DNA of 64,000 bases from an uncultured Candidatus Peribacteria bacterium (GCA_964466635.1 CAYXNG010000001.1:42958-106957); one strand, 5' to 3'. Counted from the stretch's first letter, positions 1 to 10,011 are shown. The notes: generated by a model not told the origin, from the sequence alone. Program-made: numbers and translations.

Positions 1-114
1 GCGCCAGCTTTGCTGCCGCTGGAGGCACTCTTTGCCGGAGAGTGGGTTCGCGGGAGAGTACATGGAAGGTGCTCTTCCGCGCTACCAACAAAAAGGCCTC
101 CCTCGGCTGAGTTT

Positions 115-146
115 ATCCTGAGCTCGTCGAAGGGCTCGGGATGACA
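115..146. repeat. REP-like palindromic element copy (CCTGAGC...GGGATGACA family)
   Basis: Sequence atcctgagctcgtcgaagggctcgggatgaca. Related copies lie at 24324, 36585, 38664, 44929-45032 and 58781-58844. Confidence 0.6.
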
Positions 147-873
147 AGTGGACCTAGAACATAAAACAAAAAGGCCACTTGCGTGGACCCTTTTGTGTTT
201 GTTTTGTCGCCCTCCGCGGCTATCGACAGTATCGAAACACTGTTGAGCCGTCGTTACTTGGAGGTGGACGTGGGCGAGGTGTGCCCGGAAACTCTGCCTT
301 ACTCTGGTCTCTTGTTTCTCCTCGGGACCGGCCGAAGTCCCCGTACCGGTTGCCTGACAAGGCCGTAATGGCGCATGAGGAACACTGGGGAGAAAAGGGG
401 ATGCGCACGGAGGTCAACCTCTCGTCTCCGTACGATCATTGTAGAGCAGAGAGGAGGATGACCACGTAAGTAACAATCACGTACCTATGCCCAGAATGTG
501 CAACAGGTGTTGGAGTTGTGTGGCCGGGAGGAACGAGTGCATACGCACATGATCATCCCTCTCTCTGTTTCTGACGTCCGGTGGAGTGAAAGAAAAGAAA
601 TTGTTTGTGTGGGTGTCTCTGTTTCCCTTGATTCCTGTGGGGCCTTTCGGCTGCACTCCAGAAATCATGTCATCGTACTCAGATAACCCCCTGTACGCAA
701 TGATCTGCACTGGTCTAACGATCAAAGTATGATATGAATATATTTTGTGTTCATGGAGTGCATGCAATTGGCAAAAGAGGCACATGTAAATGCCCCATTC
801 TACTCAATGACAAACATCAAAATAATGACAAAATGCACTATTTTGTGTCTATCCGAAGATCAAATTCGTACCT

Positions 874-2235
874 TTATTCCGGCGGAGGCGGAGGGGCCAC
901 AGTCCCCGCGGTGACCATCGGCTCGGGTTCGGGGGGAAAGAGGTTTTTTTCCAGATCGCTCAAAGACATCTGTTTAATACGGTCAATAGGAGATGGTGTC
1001 GTGCTCCATGTGGAGATGGCGGATTGGATGCGTGCCTGATCGTTTCGGATGTCGTCGAGTTCGTAGCCATGATGTTGAGGATATCTTTTCAAAGCGTGTA
1101 GCAGTGCTTCCTTGAGCGTTTTGTGGCCGCCTTCCGTGACGGGCAAGCGCTCGATTTCATTTTCATGGCCGATTTCGAATGTCATGCGTAGCAGACCGTC
1201 TTCCAGAAAGCCGTGCGTCCCCATGTCACAGACGATATAGCCGTCTCCTCTCTTCTCGGCCCAGATGCAGGTGTAGTGCGACAACGTATATCCGTGGATA
1301 TATAAACCGACCGGATTTTTACCCATACGGCTGAGCAGTGCGCAGCAGAGAGCTGTGATATCATCGCAGTCACCCAGCATACAATTGTTCTCAACGCGCA
1401 TCAGCGTTTCGGATGGTGTCTGCCAATACTCTTTTTGGCTTTTTGCAGAACCCTTTCTGAGCGGCTGCTTTTCATCGTCGGTATCAATGGTGTAGTGGAA
1501 GAAGAGCCGGAGAAAGAGCCCGAGATTATGCGGAGTCTTGAGGTGTCCTGCGAGTCGGTCCATGTACATATCGGGTGTCAGCGACGGATCATTTTTCAGC
1601 TCGTCCGGGAACAGGTGGAGTCTTTTTCCTGTTACATCCGTCATGAGCAGATCGCGGCACCGTTCTTCCAAATCAATTCTACGCGCCTCGGCGGCGGTCA
1701 GGTTGGCATCCGCAGGGAGAAAATCGCCGATCGTGCCGCCGTCCGGAAGCGGTGCGACGTCCGCGAAGCGGTCCAGAATGTCGGTCACCCTTTCATGCAG
1801 TTCCGTCCTCCCGCGGACAGTGCGGCGGTCACGGCCATCCTCTTCATAGTCGTATGCAGCCACCAGTCTGTCCCACTCTTGCAGGAAGAGCCGCACGTTG
1901 TCGGTGTATCCCTTCGCTTCAAGTGCCGCTTGCAGGCGGGTGAATTCGACATTCAGAGTGTCCTCTCTTCGATGGAGGGCTTCCCATACATCCTTCCACA
2001 CGTCTATCAGCATCCTTTCATATTTCTGCATCCGCTCGACTCGGCTGACTGTCGTCACTGCCGCTATCGGCTCCGTCTTTTCTGCGGCTGAAACAGAGGC
2101 AGCTGCTGCCGTCATGACAAGAAGCAGAGCCGAACGGAGTGCTTTCGTGGCACTCAAAAGAGCTGTCCGTACTTCCGGCTGTTCGTCGGTTTTGAGGATT
2201 TCTGCGGGCCCGATGCTAGGGGCATCGATACGCAA
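874..2235 (-). CDS. secreted transglutaminase-like cysteine peptidase domain protein
   Basis: 453 aa ORF with an N-terminal hydrophobic signal-like segment (ALLLVMTAAAASVSAAE). It has a Cys/His/Asp arrangement (GDCDDITALCCALL ... SHYTCIW ... IVCDMG) typical of the transglutaminase-like core, and a Pro-rich C-terminus. Confidence 0.5.
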   Translation of the reverse strand: MRIDAPSIGPAEILKTDEQPEVRTALLSATKALRSALLLVMTAAAASVSAAEKTEPIAAVTTVSRVERMQKYERMLIDVWKDVWEALHRREDTLNVEFTRLQAALEAKGYTDNVRLFLQEWDRLVAAYDYEEDGRDRRTVRGRTELHERVTDILDRFADVAPLPDGGTIGDFLPADANLTAAEARRIDLEERCRDLLMTDVTGKRLHLFPDELKNDPSLTPDMYMDRLAGHLKTPHNLGLFLRLFFHYTIDTDDEKQPLRKGSAKSQKEYWQTPSETLMRVENNCMLGDCDDITALCCALLSRMGKNPVGLYIHGYTLSHYTCIWAEKRGDGYIVCDMGTHGFLEDGLLRMTFEIGHENEIERLPVTEGGHKTLKEALLHALKRYPQHHGYELDDIRNDQARIQSAISTWSTTPSPIDRIKQMSLSDLEKNLFPPEPEPMVTAGTVAPPPPPE

Positions 2236-2294
2236 TGGAATGCATCGTAGAACTGGCTCTCAGACAATTCAATATCATCTGACCGGTGTAGAAT

Positions 2295-2621
2295 ATGACC
2301 ATGGCTACCGCCCAATCGACTGTCGACTTTCTGACCGATCAGATGGCCGGAGCAGGGAATATCCGTAGCCGAAAGATGTTCGGGGAATATGCGATCTACT
2401 GCGACGAAAAGGTGGTCGCACTCGTCTGTGACGATCAGTTATTCGTGAAACCTACCACGGCAGGAAAGGCGTTCATCGGCACCGTGGCCGAAGCGCCACC
2501 ATATCCCGGCTCCAAAAACTATTACTGGATCGACGAGTCACAGTGGGAAGACCGCGAGTGGCTGACGGAGCTCATCAAACAGACAGCGGACGAGCTGCCT
2601 GCTCCGAAGAAAAAGAAATAG
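2295..2621 (+). CDS. TfoX N-terminal domain protein
   Basis: 108 aa. The motif MFGEYAIYCDEKVVALVCDDQLFVKP is characteristic of the TfoX/Sxy N-domain family. Confidence 0.7.
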   Translation: MTMATAQSTVDFLTDQMAGAGNIRSRKMFGEYAIYCDEKVVALVCDDQLFVKPTTAGKAFIGTVAEAPPYPGSKNYYWIDESQWEDREWLTELIKQTADELPAPKKKK

Positions 2622-2630
2622 GCTTCTTCG

Positions 2631-3086
2631 TTAGGAAACAAACGCAAACAGGATTCCAGCCATCGCCCACATCGATACCAGCATGTAGCCGCTGTCGATC
2701 AGCAGAAGCTTCACCGGCTTGATGGTGTAGGCGTAGGTCTGTGCCATCACCATGAAGACGAAGGGGAACCAGAGAATCGTGGCGATCACCAGCGCGTATG
2801 CCCAGTGACTCATGTCGACGATCTCGAACGTCCGCCCCATTACGACCGATTGGACGAATGCCGTCGCAAGACTCGTGCCCATCGCAGGCCACATCGCCTT
2901 CTGGGCTTTTTCCTTACTGATTTTGTCCATGCCCGTCATTTTCGCCCATGGCTTGGAGAAGAGTCCGCCGTACCACATCATGCCGATGCCCATATAGGCG
3001 AGCATGCAGAGAACGAGAACGAACGGGTGCGTGACGATGAACAGGCCGAGTGCTTGAAGATGGATCATACGATGAGAAAAAAGCAT
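2631..3086 (-). CDS. DUF1761-family membrane protein
   Basis: Multi-TM ORF with the MWYGGLFSKPWAKM motif. The start is ambiguous (3140, 3086 or 3068); I chose an internal ATG that avoids the divergent neighbour. Confidence 0.55.
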   Translation of the reverse strand: MLFSHRMIHLQALGLFIVTHPFVLVLCMLAYMGIGMMWYGGLFSKPWAKMTGMDKISKEKAQKAMWPAMGTSLATAFVQSVVMGRTFEIVDMSHWAYALVIATILWFPFVFMVMAQTYAYTIKPVKLLLIDSGYMLVSMWAMAGILFAFVS

Positions 3087-3147
3087 CAGAATGGTATCAA
3101 ATGTATCGTGTATTGGTATACTCGAATGTATCTTCCCCATTTTTCCT

Positions 3148-3513
3148 ATGCGTTATGTCGATGGATTCGTGATCGTGGTTCCGACAAAAAACCTCAAGGC
3201 CTACAAGAAAATGGCTCAAGATGGTGCCAAATCGTGGATGAAGCACGGCGCACTGCAGTACATGGAATGCATCGGCGATGACATGAAATCGATTGAGGCC
3301 ATGGGCGGTTTACCCTTCCCAAAAATGACCGGTGCGAAGAAGGGGGAGACGGTAATCTTTTCATTTATCATCTACAAGAATAAGAAGCATCGCGATGCGG
3401 TGAATAAGAAAGTGATGAAGGAAATGGAGAAAGAGTACGACGAGAATTTCAAGATGCCGTTCGATCCGAAGCACGTTGCGATGGGTGGCTTCGAGGTTAT
3501 TGTCGATAGGTAA
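3148..3513 (+). CDS. DUF1428-family protein
   Basis: The segments MRYVDGFVIVVPTKNLKAYKKMA...ETVIFSFIIYKNKKHRDAVN...MGGFEVIV match the DUF1428 pattern. The start is trimmed from the ORF-track 3091 to the ATG at 3148. Confidence 0.7.
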   Translation: MRYVDGFVIVVPTKNLKAYKKMAQDGAKSWMKHGALQYMECIGDDMKSIEAMGGLPFPKMTGAKKGETVIFSFIIYKNKKHRDAVNKKVMKEMEKEYDENFKMPFDPKHVAMGGFEVIVDR

Positions 3514-4087
3514 GAGGGTCCGCTGTCGCGACGGTATCTTGATGCTTGATCAGTTCGAATAGTGCCTCTCCCGGTGGAATTCGGAGCAGATGAAGATGTT
3601 CCTGTATTTTTTCTTCGGACCAATCCCACCACCGCAGTTTCAACAATTGTGCGATCGTTTCATCCGGAAAACGCTTGCGAATCAGTCGTGCGGGATTGCC
3701 TCCGACAATCGCATAGGGTTCAACATTTTTCGTCACCAACGCCATTGCACCGATGATTGCTCCGTCTCCGATCGTCACCCCCGGAAGAATAGTGGCCCCG
3801 CATCCGATCCAGACATCGTTACCAATCACGACATTTCGTTTCGTGGGGTAGTTTACCGGTCGGTCGTGATCGATACCCAAAAACCCGGCAGTGAGCGGGT
3901 ACGTGGTAGTCGCTTCCATATTATGGTTTCCATCGACCAGAATGGTGACCTTTCGCGAAATCGAGCAGAATTTGCCGATCTTCAGTCGCCCCTTCTGCCA
4001 GGAAAGGATCTCGGGTTTGCCGTAGGTATAGGCGCCGATTTCATAGAGCGGGTCCTGTATGACGTCGCGGGTGTAGATCATGGGCAT
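3497..4087 (-). CDS. hexapeptide-repeat xenobiotic (Vat/CatB-like) O-acetyltransferase
   Basis: 196 aa with left-handed beta-helix hexapeptide repeats (IGNDVWIGCGATILPGVTIGDGAIIGAMALV) and the Vat-type C-terminus RWWDW. Confidence 0.8.
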   Translation of the reverse strand: MPMIYTRDVIQDPLYEIGAYTYGKPEILSWQKGRLKIGKFCSISRKVTILVDGNHNMEATTTYPLTAGFLGIDHDRPVNYPTKRNVVIGNDVWIGCGATILPGVTIGDGAIIGAMALVTKNVEPYAIVGGNPARLIRKRFPDETIAQLLKLRWWDWSEEKIQEHLHLLRIPPGEALFELIKHQDTVATADPLTYRQ

Positions 4088-4149
4088 GATTCACATGGTA
4101 CAGGAAAAGCAGGTTTTTTGTTTTCCACTGAACCTTAAACTCGTATCAT

Positions 4150-5022
4150 ATGCGTCATATGAACAAACTTCTCCTTCTGCCAATTTTTCTGGTTGCGGTC
4201 TCCTGCGCACCTGCTGCTCCATCTACGGACGAGCAGGCGATGCACAGTGAGGGTCACTCAGTGCACGATGGTGAATCGAGCACGGCAATGAGCCAGGACC
4301 GATTGAACAATTCCCCGCGGCATCAGGAATGGGTGGAGGTGAAGAACGGCGATAAAACTATTCACACCTGGGTGGTGTATCCAGAAGTCAGTGAGAAGAA
4401 GCCGGTGGTTATTCTGATTCACGAGAACAGGGGATTGAACGACTGGGCACGCAGCATGGCAGACCAAGTTGCCGAGGCTGGGTATATTGCCGTGGCGCCG
4501 GATCTACTTTCCGACTTCAGTGATGAGTTTAAGCGTACGAGTGACTTTGCCAGTGAGGATGCTGCGCGCGACGCTCTCGGTCAGCTTGATCTCACCCAGA
4601 CAATGTCAGACCTCCAGGCTGTTGCAAATTGGGCCAAGACGATTCCTGCATCTGATGGCACATTGGTGTCCGCTGGCTTTTGCTGGGGCGGCGCCCGCTC
4701 GTTCCAGTTTGCGACCGTCAGCGATGACCTTGATGCGACGCTGGTCTTCTACGGCACCGGTCCGGAGCAGGCAGCTGATTACGCCAAGATCGATTCTCCG
4801 GTCTTCGGCTTTTATGGTGGTGCAGACGAACGCGTCAATGCGACAATTGATGCGTCGGATCAGTATATGACCGCTGCCAACAAGCGATTCGATTACGAGA
4901 TCTACGACGGAGCCGGTCATGCATTCATGCGCAGTGGAGAAGATCCCAACGGTGAAGCTGCAAACGTTGCAGCACGCAACGCCGCCTGGGAACGGATGAA
5001 GGAGATTTTGGCGGGGCTGTAA
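4150..5022 (+). CDS. dienelactone hydrolase family lipoprotein
   Basis: Lipobox-like signal (LLLLPIFLVAVSC). The DLH pattern is present: VILIHENRGLNDW ... GFCWGG ... GAGHAF. Confidence 0.8.
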   Translation: MRHMNKLLLLPIFLVAVSCAPAAPSTDEQAMHSEGHSVHDGESSTAMSQDRLNNSPRHQEWVEVKNGDKTIHTWVVYPEVSEKKPVVILIHENRGLNDWARSMADQVAEAGYIAVAPDLLSDFSDEFKRTSDFASEDAARDALGQLDLTQTMSDLQAVANWAKTIPASDGTLVSAGFCWGGARSFQFATVSDDLDATLVFYGTGPEQAADYAKIDSPVFGFYGGADERVNATIDASDQYMTAANKRFDYEIYDGAGHAFMRSGEDPNGEAANVAARNAAWERMKEILAGL

Positions 5023-5310
5023 TTAGCGCGGCTCCGGAATGCGTGCAGGTGTGAAGTGGAGTCCTGCGTTGGTAAAATCCTGTTCCGTTGGGTTGCTGGG
5101 CAATGATGCCAGCCTCGATCGTGTTTCCGCGGAAATCGCATCCGACACGGGATCGGATACGGTTGGCAAACTGCGAAGCCATTGGACCAATGCCATGCGT
5201 TGGTTATCCGGCAGCGTTGCCAAGTGTTTGGTCCACGACACACCTTCCGGGGGTGCGGATAATCCTCGTGCCAGCGCTGCTGCTCTGTAGGCGTCCATAC
5301 ACTTATGCAT
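5023..5310 (-). CDS. hypothetical small protein
   Basis: 95 aa ORF whose start overlaps the stop of the upstream SRPBCC gene by 8 nt, suggesting coupling. I recognise no family. Confidence 0.3.
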   Translation of the reverse strand: MHKCMDAYRAAALARGLSAPPEGVSWTKHLATLPDNQRMALVQWLRSLPTVSDPVSDAISAETRSRLASLPSNPTEQDFTNAGLHFTPARIPEPR

Positions 5311-5716
5311 GTGATTCTACATGCTCCTTGAAGTTATCGAGAATCGACTGCCAACCGGCTTGCTGCATCTCGACAGAGTTCTCCGTCTCGGCATCGAAGG
5401 TCTCGGTTATATGTGTGTGACCGTCATGCTCATCGAAGGTGATGCTGACCGTTCGGCCGTCATCCATCGTGTAATCAATCTGCCGGTGATCGATCACCTT
5501 CGTGTATGTACCGCCGAAGTCGAATCCAACACTGCCGTCTTTCGCTTCCATACGTGCGGTGAATTTACCGCCTTCGCGCAGGTCGTTGGTCGAACTCGGC
5601 GTGTGCCAGTCATCCGATGCAGCATTCCACTGCATGATGCAGTCGGGCTCGGTCCAGCACTCCCAGACAGTGACGATGGGGGCGTCGATGGTCGTTTCAA
5701 CGGTGACTTTGGTCAT
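5303..5716 (-). CDS. SRPBCC/AHSA1 (Aha1-like) family protein
   Basis: 137 aa. The segments VTVETTIDAPIVTVWECWTEP...FGGTYTKV...QAGWQSILDNFKEHVE match the AHSA1/START-like pattern. Confidence 0.7.
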   Translation of the reverse strand: MTKVTVETTIDAPIVTVWECWTEPDCIMQWNAASDDWHTPSSTNDLREGGKFTARMEAKDGSVGFDFGGTYTKVIDHRQIDYTMDDGRTVSITFDEHDGHTHITETFDAETENSVEMQQAGWQSILDNFKEHVESHA

Positions 5717-5856
5717 GAGAGAAGGGGAATGAATCGATACGCTTCATCATATAGCCGTTACAGTGAGGCGTACATTAAATTGCGGTTTTTAGGGATTCTG
5801 ATCGCCTCAAACCGGTTGCGATATACCCGCAAAACCGTACAATACGGCCTACCCGA

Positions 5857-5931
5857 GCGGGTATAGTACAATGGCTAGTACGTCAGCCTTCCAAGCTGAA
5901 TATACGGGTTCGATCCCCGTTACCCGCTCCA
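5857..5931 (+). tRNA. tRNA-Gly(TCC)
   Basis: Hand-folded cloverleaf: acceptor GCGGGTA/TACCCGC, anticodon loop CTTCCAA, T-loop TTCGATC, encoded CCA. Confidence 0.9.
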
Positions 5932-7485
5932 TACTGTAGAAACAACCTCCGAACGCAGACTTTTGCCAGTCCCGACCATGCTTTTTGCTGGTTCGAACAT
6001 AGCGATTTCCTTTGCATATCTTTTTTTAACCTCCTTAAGTACAGAAGGTACAAATAGTGGATCGTAATTAAGGTTTCTCCCCTGTATTTTCCAGTTCGAA
6101 CCGATGCCGCTTACAACAGCACGCTTTTGTTCGGGAGAGCCGCACGTAAGGATGTGCTGTGCATTGAGAATGAGATCGAGACTATCACTGATATTGGCAT
6201 TGGATGTCTGGCGTTCTTTTCTGGCCGTTTCTAGGTCTTCCTGAGCCGACTTCTGTTCGACTCTCAACTGATTCAGTCTTCTCTTCATGAGAGCGCGTGT
6301 ATCGGGATCTGATTCCTCTGCAATATTTTCTTCAATGGTCGTAATTTTCTTGGAAAGAACAGATAAATGCTGCTGTAGCTGTTCCTCTTTTATCGTTTCT
6401 TTAGTAGAAGCCCCCATTTGCTCAAGCTGTCGTATACCAAAGCGAATGATCTCCTCAGGGATCATATACGATTCAGCTTCTGCCATGATTTTCGTCACAA
6501 GAGCGTCAGCTGAAAGTGGCTTTTCGTTGCAGCGGATCGCACGTTTTCGGTGGGCGCAGCGGTAGTAATCAAAATCCTTTGTGATGTTCAGTGATTTAAT
6601 GTGCTTTGTCTTCCGCTCAGCAGTTATACAAGCATCACAGCCGCCGCAACGGAAAAGCCCCTTGAGAGGAAAGTTGAGGATGCGGTCACGCGTCCCTTTG
6701 CCATCCTTGAGAAATGACTGCGCCTGTTCAAACTCGGTCTGAGTAATCATCGGCTGATGACTCCCAACATGTAGCTCTCCCCTCCAACGGAACAGGCCGC
6801 AGTAAAAAGGATTTTGAAAGAGCGCGTGAAAAGTGGAAAAGGCCAGAAGCTTTCCATTTCTGTAGATCGGGCAATGCTCCTGCATATGTCGGTACAGCTG
6901 CATGGTGGAACATTGTTCATCGAGTAGCTTTCTCCATAAAGATTGGATGATCGGAAAAAGAACAGGATCAGGAAGAATGCGCTTCTGACCTTTTAATGCC
7001 TCGACTTCATTACGATAACCCATCGGGGCTTTGCAGGGCATCCACCCTTTGTCTGTCTTGCTAGTCATGCCTCGCTTCACATCGGTACTGAGCTTGCGTA
7101 CATAGTCCGTGGAGCGTCCTGTTTCAACGGAGAGCAGGATTGAGCTGTCATCGGGGTAATACGTGCGCTCAGGTGTAATGATCGCTTGGATGATGCTCTT
7201 CTGAAGCATCCACATGAGTTCGCCGGAATCTTTAGGGTTCCGGCTCAGGCGGTCAATGTTCCAACAAAGGATTACATGCGCTTCACCCCGCTTGATACGC
7301 TCGATCATGGACATGAATCCAATACGCCCAACGTCCTTTGCAGATTTCTGATCCTCGATTATATCCACGATCTCACATCCTCGATCTCTCCCTATACGAT
7401 GCAGCGCATTTATCTGATCGGGAATTGACTGGATTTGCCGCGATTTATCCTCGGTAGATTTACGAGCGTAGAGGAAGCACCTCAT
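5920..7485 (-). CDS. large serine recombinase/integrase
   Basis: 521 aa. It has an N-terminal resolvase catalytic domain (YARKSTEDKSRQ...DRLSRN), a recombinase domain, a Cys-rich zinc-ribbon (CGGCDACI...YYRCAH) and a coiled-coil tail. Confidence 0.9.
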   Translation of the reverse strand: MRCFLYARKSTEDKSRQIQSIPDQINALHRIGRDRGCEIVDIIEDQKSAKDVGRIGFMSMIERIKRGEAHVILCWNIDRLSRNPKDSGELMWMLQKSIIQAIITPERTYYPDDSSILLSVETGRSTDYVRKLSTDVKRGMTSKTDKGWMPCKAPMGYRNEVEALKGQKRILPDPVLFPIIQSLWRKLLDEQCSTMQLYRHMQEHCPIYRNGKLLAFSTFHALFQNPFYCGLFRWRGELHVGSHQPMITQTEFEQAQSFLKDGKGTRDRILNFPLKGLFRCGGCDACITAERKTKHIKSLNITKDFDYYRCAHRKRAIRCNEKPLSADALVTKIMAEAESYMIPEEIIRFGIRQLEQMGASTKETIKEEQLQQHLSVLSKKITTIEENIAEESDPDTRALMKRRLNQLRVEQKSAQEDLETARKERQTSNANISDSLDLILNAQHILTCGSPEQKRAVVSGIGSNWKIQGRNLNYDPLFVPSVLKEVKKRYAKEIAMFEPAKSMVGTGKSLRSEVVSTVWSG

Positions 7486-8542
7486 AGGGGGATAAGGGTA
7501 GCTGAGGAACTAACATGAAAACAGCTCGATGAGTTCGAACCTGTTCCCAGTAGGGGTATGGCGTTTGATCAGCCGAATAAAGCAAAAGAACTTGGAGAGG
7601 ATCAACGCCCATGCGAAATAATGTCTCGCTGCGAGTGATGAACTGCTTTATGTGCGGTATCCTCTCATGTTTCAATTTTGCAGCTGCCAATTCTTCAGGA
7701 TGGAGCATCCGACCTGTTTTTTTGGCTATGGTGAGCCGTTCGATTTTACTGAAATCCAAACCTTTAAGCGGATGAAAATATGTCCCCTGTTCATTCATGC
7801 AGAGGGACGCGAAATACTGCTGAAGAACCTCCACTCCTAAAGAGTCACCGTTGATACGTGATTCCTCATAACGAATGACGATCTCTGGCGTAATGCCCAT
7901 TTGCTTGATGGTTTTTGTGTGCAGCTCTGCCTCAATTCTGGTTACCGTTTCTTCATCTAGGTAATGTGAAAACAGCAAAAATTTCTCTTTCTTGTACGAA
8001 TCGGCTTTCTTGTCATACACCCTGATTAAATACTTTTTGTTACCTTTTTTCATACCGAGATAGAACGATTCGATGTCGTCACCGTTGATGTACGGAATCT
8101 TCTTACGAAACTGCGTCTTATGCTTCTTCCACAGCTTCAATACAGGGACATTACAATCAAGAGCGATATCAACACGAGACAACGACAGGAACGGCAGATA
8201 CTGTGATGTGAACTGCAACAAACACTCTGACAATTCTTCGAAGTAGAAATACGAACCATCGAATAGGAACGTATACGGGACATGGTCGGCAATACCCATC
8301 CCCATGTTTTTTACCAAACAGAACACTCTGTAATGACCATGATTGAAATTCAGAATGCGCTCAGACTTCGTTTCGTTGTATGTCACAGTAAATGAATGAC
8401 CGAGGAATCCCACATTTAATTTCTGTGGTGAGTTTTCTGATAGACCTTCGAAAAGATACGCGAAAGAGTTACCACGGAAGGTTCCACTGAAGTTGTAGCG
8501 GATGCAGTCGAAGCCTAAGCGGAAAACTCGAATATCCATCAT
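7460..8542 (-). CDS. Rep_trans-type replication initiation protein
   Basis: 360 aa with Rep_trans-family (pT181 RepC-like) motifs: LSRVDIALDC, YLIRVYDKKADS and VTRIEAELHTK. Confidence 0.65.
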   Translation of the reverse strand: MMDIRVFRLGFDCIRYNFSGTFRGNSFAYLFEGLSENSPQKLNVGFLGHSFTVTYNETKSERILNFNHGHYRVFCLVKNMGMGIADHVPYTFLFDGSYFYFEELSECLLQFTSQYLPFLSLSRVDIALDCNVPVLKLWKKHKTQFRKKIPYINGDDIESFYLGMKKGNKKYLIRVYDKKADSYKKEKFLLFSHYLDEETVTRIEAELHTKTIKQMGITPEIVIRYEESRINGDSLGVEVLQQYFASLCMNEQGTYFHPLKGLDFSKIERLTIAKKTGRMLHPEELAAAKLKHERIPHIKQFITRSETLFRMGVDPLQVLLLYSADQTPYPYWEQVRTHRAVFMLVPQLPLSPYEVLPLRS

Positions 8543-8798
8543 GAAAGGTGGTCACCGTGTTACTTCACGGTGACCTTGAAAGCATCCGCAGGCGTCGGGC
8601 GCGGCACCGCAGGTGCTCGCGCCCTGCCGCACAGCGGCAAGCAGGCCGAGGAATGCCGTCAGCTTCTTTGCCGCCTCTTCTGGAGGCAGCGAAACGCCAT
8701 AGTGCTTCTCATAGAGAGCACCGAATTTCGAGATGGCCGAAGCTGGCGGCGTGGGAAGTAACACGCCGCTTTTTGTAGATCGGGCAGACTTTAGAAGC

Positions 8799-9599
8799 TC
8801 ACGATTGCTGTTTTTGGTACTGGTTCAGCACCGATTTTGTGAAAGGCTCTGGGTTATAGTGCTTCTGAAAATAGACATATCCCTCCGACTGATCGACATA
8901 TGCGTAACGATTGAGCCTATCGCCCTGTTGCAGCTTCAGGGTCTTGAGATAATCGCTCGGCTTGAATTTCTGATGTTCCGTAAGCGGTATGACATCGCGT
9001 AGCTGCTCGAAGGAAATGCATGTGCCAGCGAGTTTCCAGCACTCATCGAAGAACGCACGAACAGCACCCGTGGATTGTATTTTATGGATCTTTGTCTCTT
9101 TGCCGTTATCAATCTCAATGAGATTAATACAAAGACCGACTGGCCGAGCAATGAGGCGACGAGGAAATTTCTCCGAATCAACCGTCTGCTTTTGGAATAA
9201 TTTTTCTCCGAACGTAAGGGCAATAACCATGCCACCGAATGTACGCAATTCATCGGGTGCGACGATGTGGATTTTTCCGTTCTTCACTTCGATCAAACCT
9301 CCGATCTGCAAGTAACCGATGGCAAAATCCCGATGCTCTTTGCTCTTTTCAATCGGGTATTCGGGAATGTCTGCATATAAGTACGGATCAAGAAACTGCT
9401 CCTGCTTGTACATCGAATAGACGTACAGATTCACCAGCAAGCCCATAACTGCTTGCTGCTGCGGTTCCGTAAGCGTGGCGTATTTGGTCAGCAGAATCGT
9501 GGCGTTGTCTCTGTTGAATGAAACACCCATCTCCAAGGGCATCTCAGGCACATGCTTCAATATCTCATTCGCCAACACATGTTTGATGGAATGCTCCAT
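8799..9599 (-). CDS. hypothetical protein (element-borne)
   Basis: 266 aa ORF with coding-like composition, in the same operon orientation as rep and the recombinase. No family recognised. Confidence 0.5.
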   Translation of the reverse strand: MEHSIKHVLANEILKHVPEMPLEMGVSFNRDNATILLTKYATLTEPQQQAVMGLLVNLYVYSMYKQEQFLDPYLYADIPEYPIEKSKEHRDFAIGYLQIGGLIEVKNGKIHIVAPDELRTFGGMVIALTFGEKLFQKQTVDSEKFPRRLIARPVGLCINLIEIDNGKETKIHKIQSTGAVRAFFDECWKLAGTCISFEQLRDVIPLTEHQKFKPSDYLKTLKLQQGDRLNRYAYVDQSEGYVYFQKHYNPEPFTKSVLNQYQKQQS

Positions 9600-9637
9600 G
9601 GAATAGATGACTCTACTCCATTTCCCTGTTTAAGCAA

Positions 9638-9946
9638 TTATTCGTTATGCCACCACATGAGAAAGCGTCCGTAACCGTAGGCGATGAAGCTGATGAGAAT
9701 CATGATGCCGACGATGCTCATACCCGTGTTTGGCGTCATGATAGAACCGCCAGTATCCGAGAAGGTGAAGAACGCCAAGCAGATCGCAAGAAAGAAAATG
9801 ACGTTGGAAATGACGATGATCAATTTGTCCTTCTTTCGATGAAGCTCAATAAGCATCGGCTCTGAAGGCCTTTCAATGACCCTTTCAATAACTTTTGGCC
9901 TTGGTGCTGAACCGACATCGGACTGTGTGAATTGTTTGTTTTTCAT
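9638..9946 (-). CDS. small membrane protein (element-borne)
   Basis: Starts at MKNKQFTQ (ATG 9946) and has two predicted TM helices. The longer ORF-track start would overlap the divergent XRE gene. Confidence 0.45.
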   Translation of the reverse strand: MKNKQFTQSDVGSAPRPKVIERVIERPSEPMLIELHRKKDKLIIVISNVIFFLAICLAFFTFSDTGGSIMTPNTGMSIVGIMILISFIAYGYGRFLMWWHNE

Positions 9947-9956
9947 GCGTATATTA

Positions 9957-9980
9957 TACACCCCGAAGTATCGGGGTGTA
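9957..9980. promoter_or_regulatory. perfect 10-4-10 palindrome in the divergent promoter region (candidate XRE operator)
   Basis: The sequence tacaccccga-agta-tcggggtgta lies between the membrane-protein start (9946, -) and the XRE start (10012, +). Confidence 0.4.
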
Positions 9981-10011
9981 AAGCTGAATTGGCAAACGCG
10001 ATACTCTGTGC

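Noticed and set aside
179-785. Short ORFs (96, 61, 65, 102 and 62 aa) in the first intergenic tract
   Set aside because: They overlap one another on both strands, are Arg/Cys/Pro-rich and have no recognisable motifs or SD sites. I treated the tract as non-coding.
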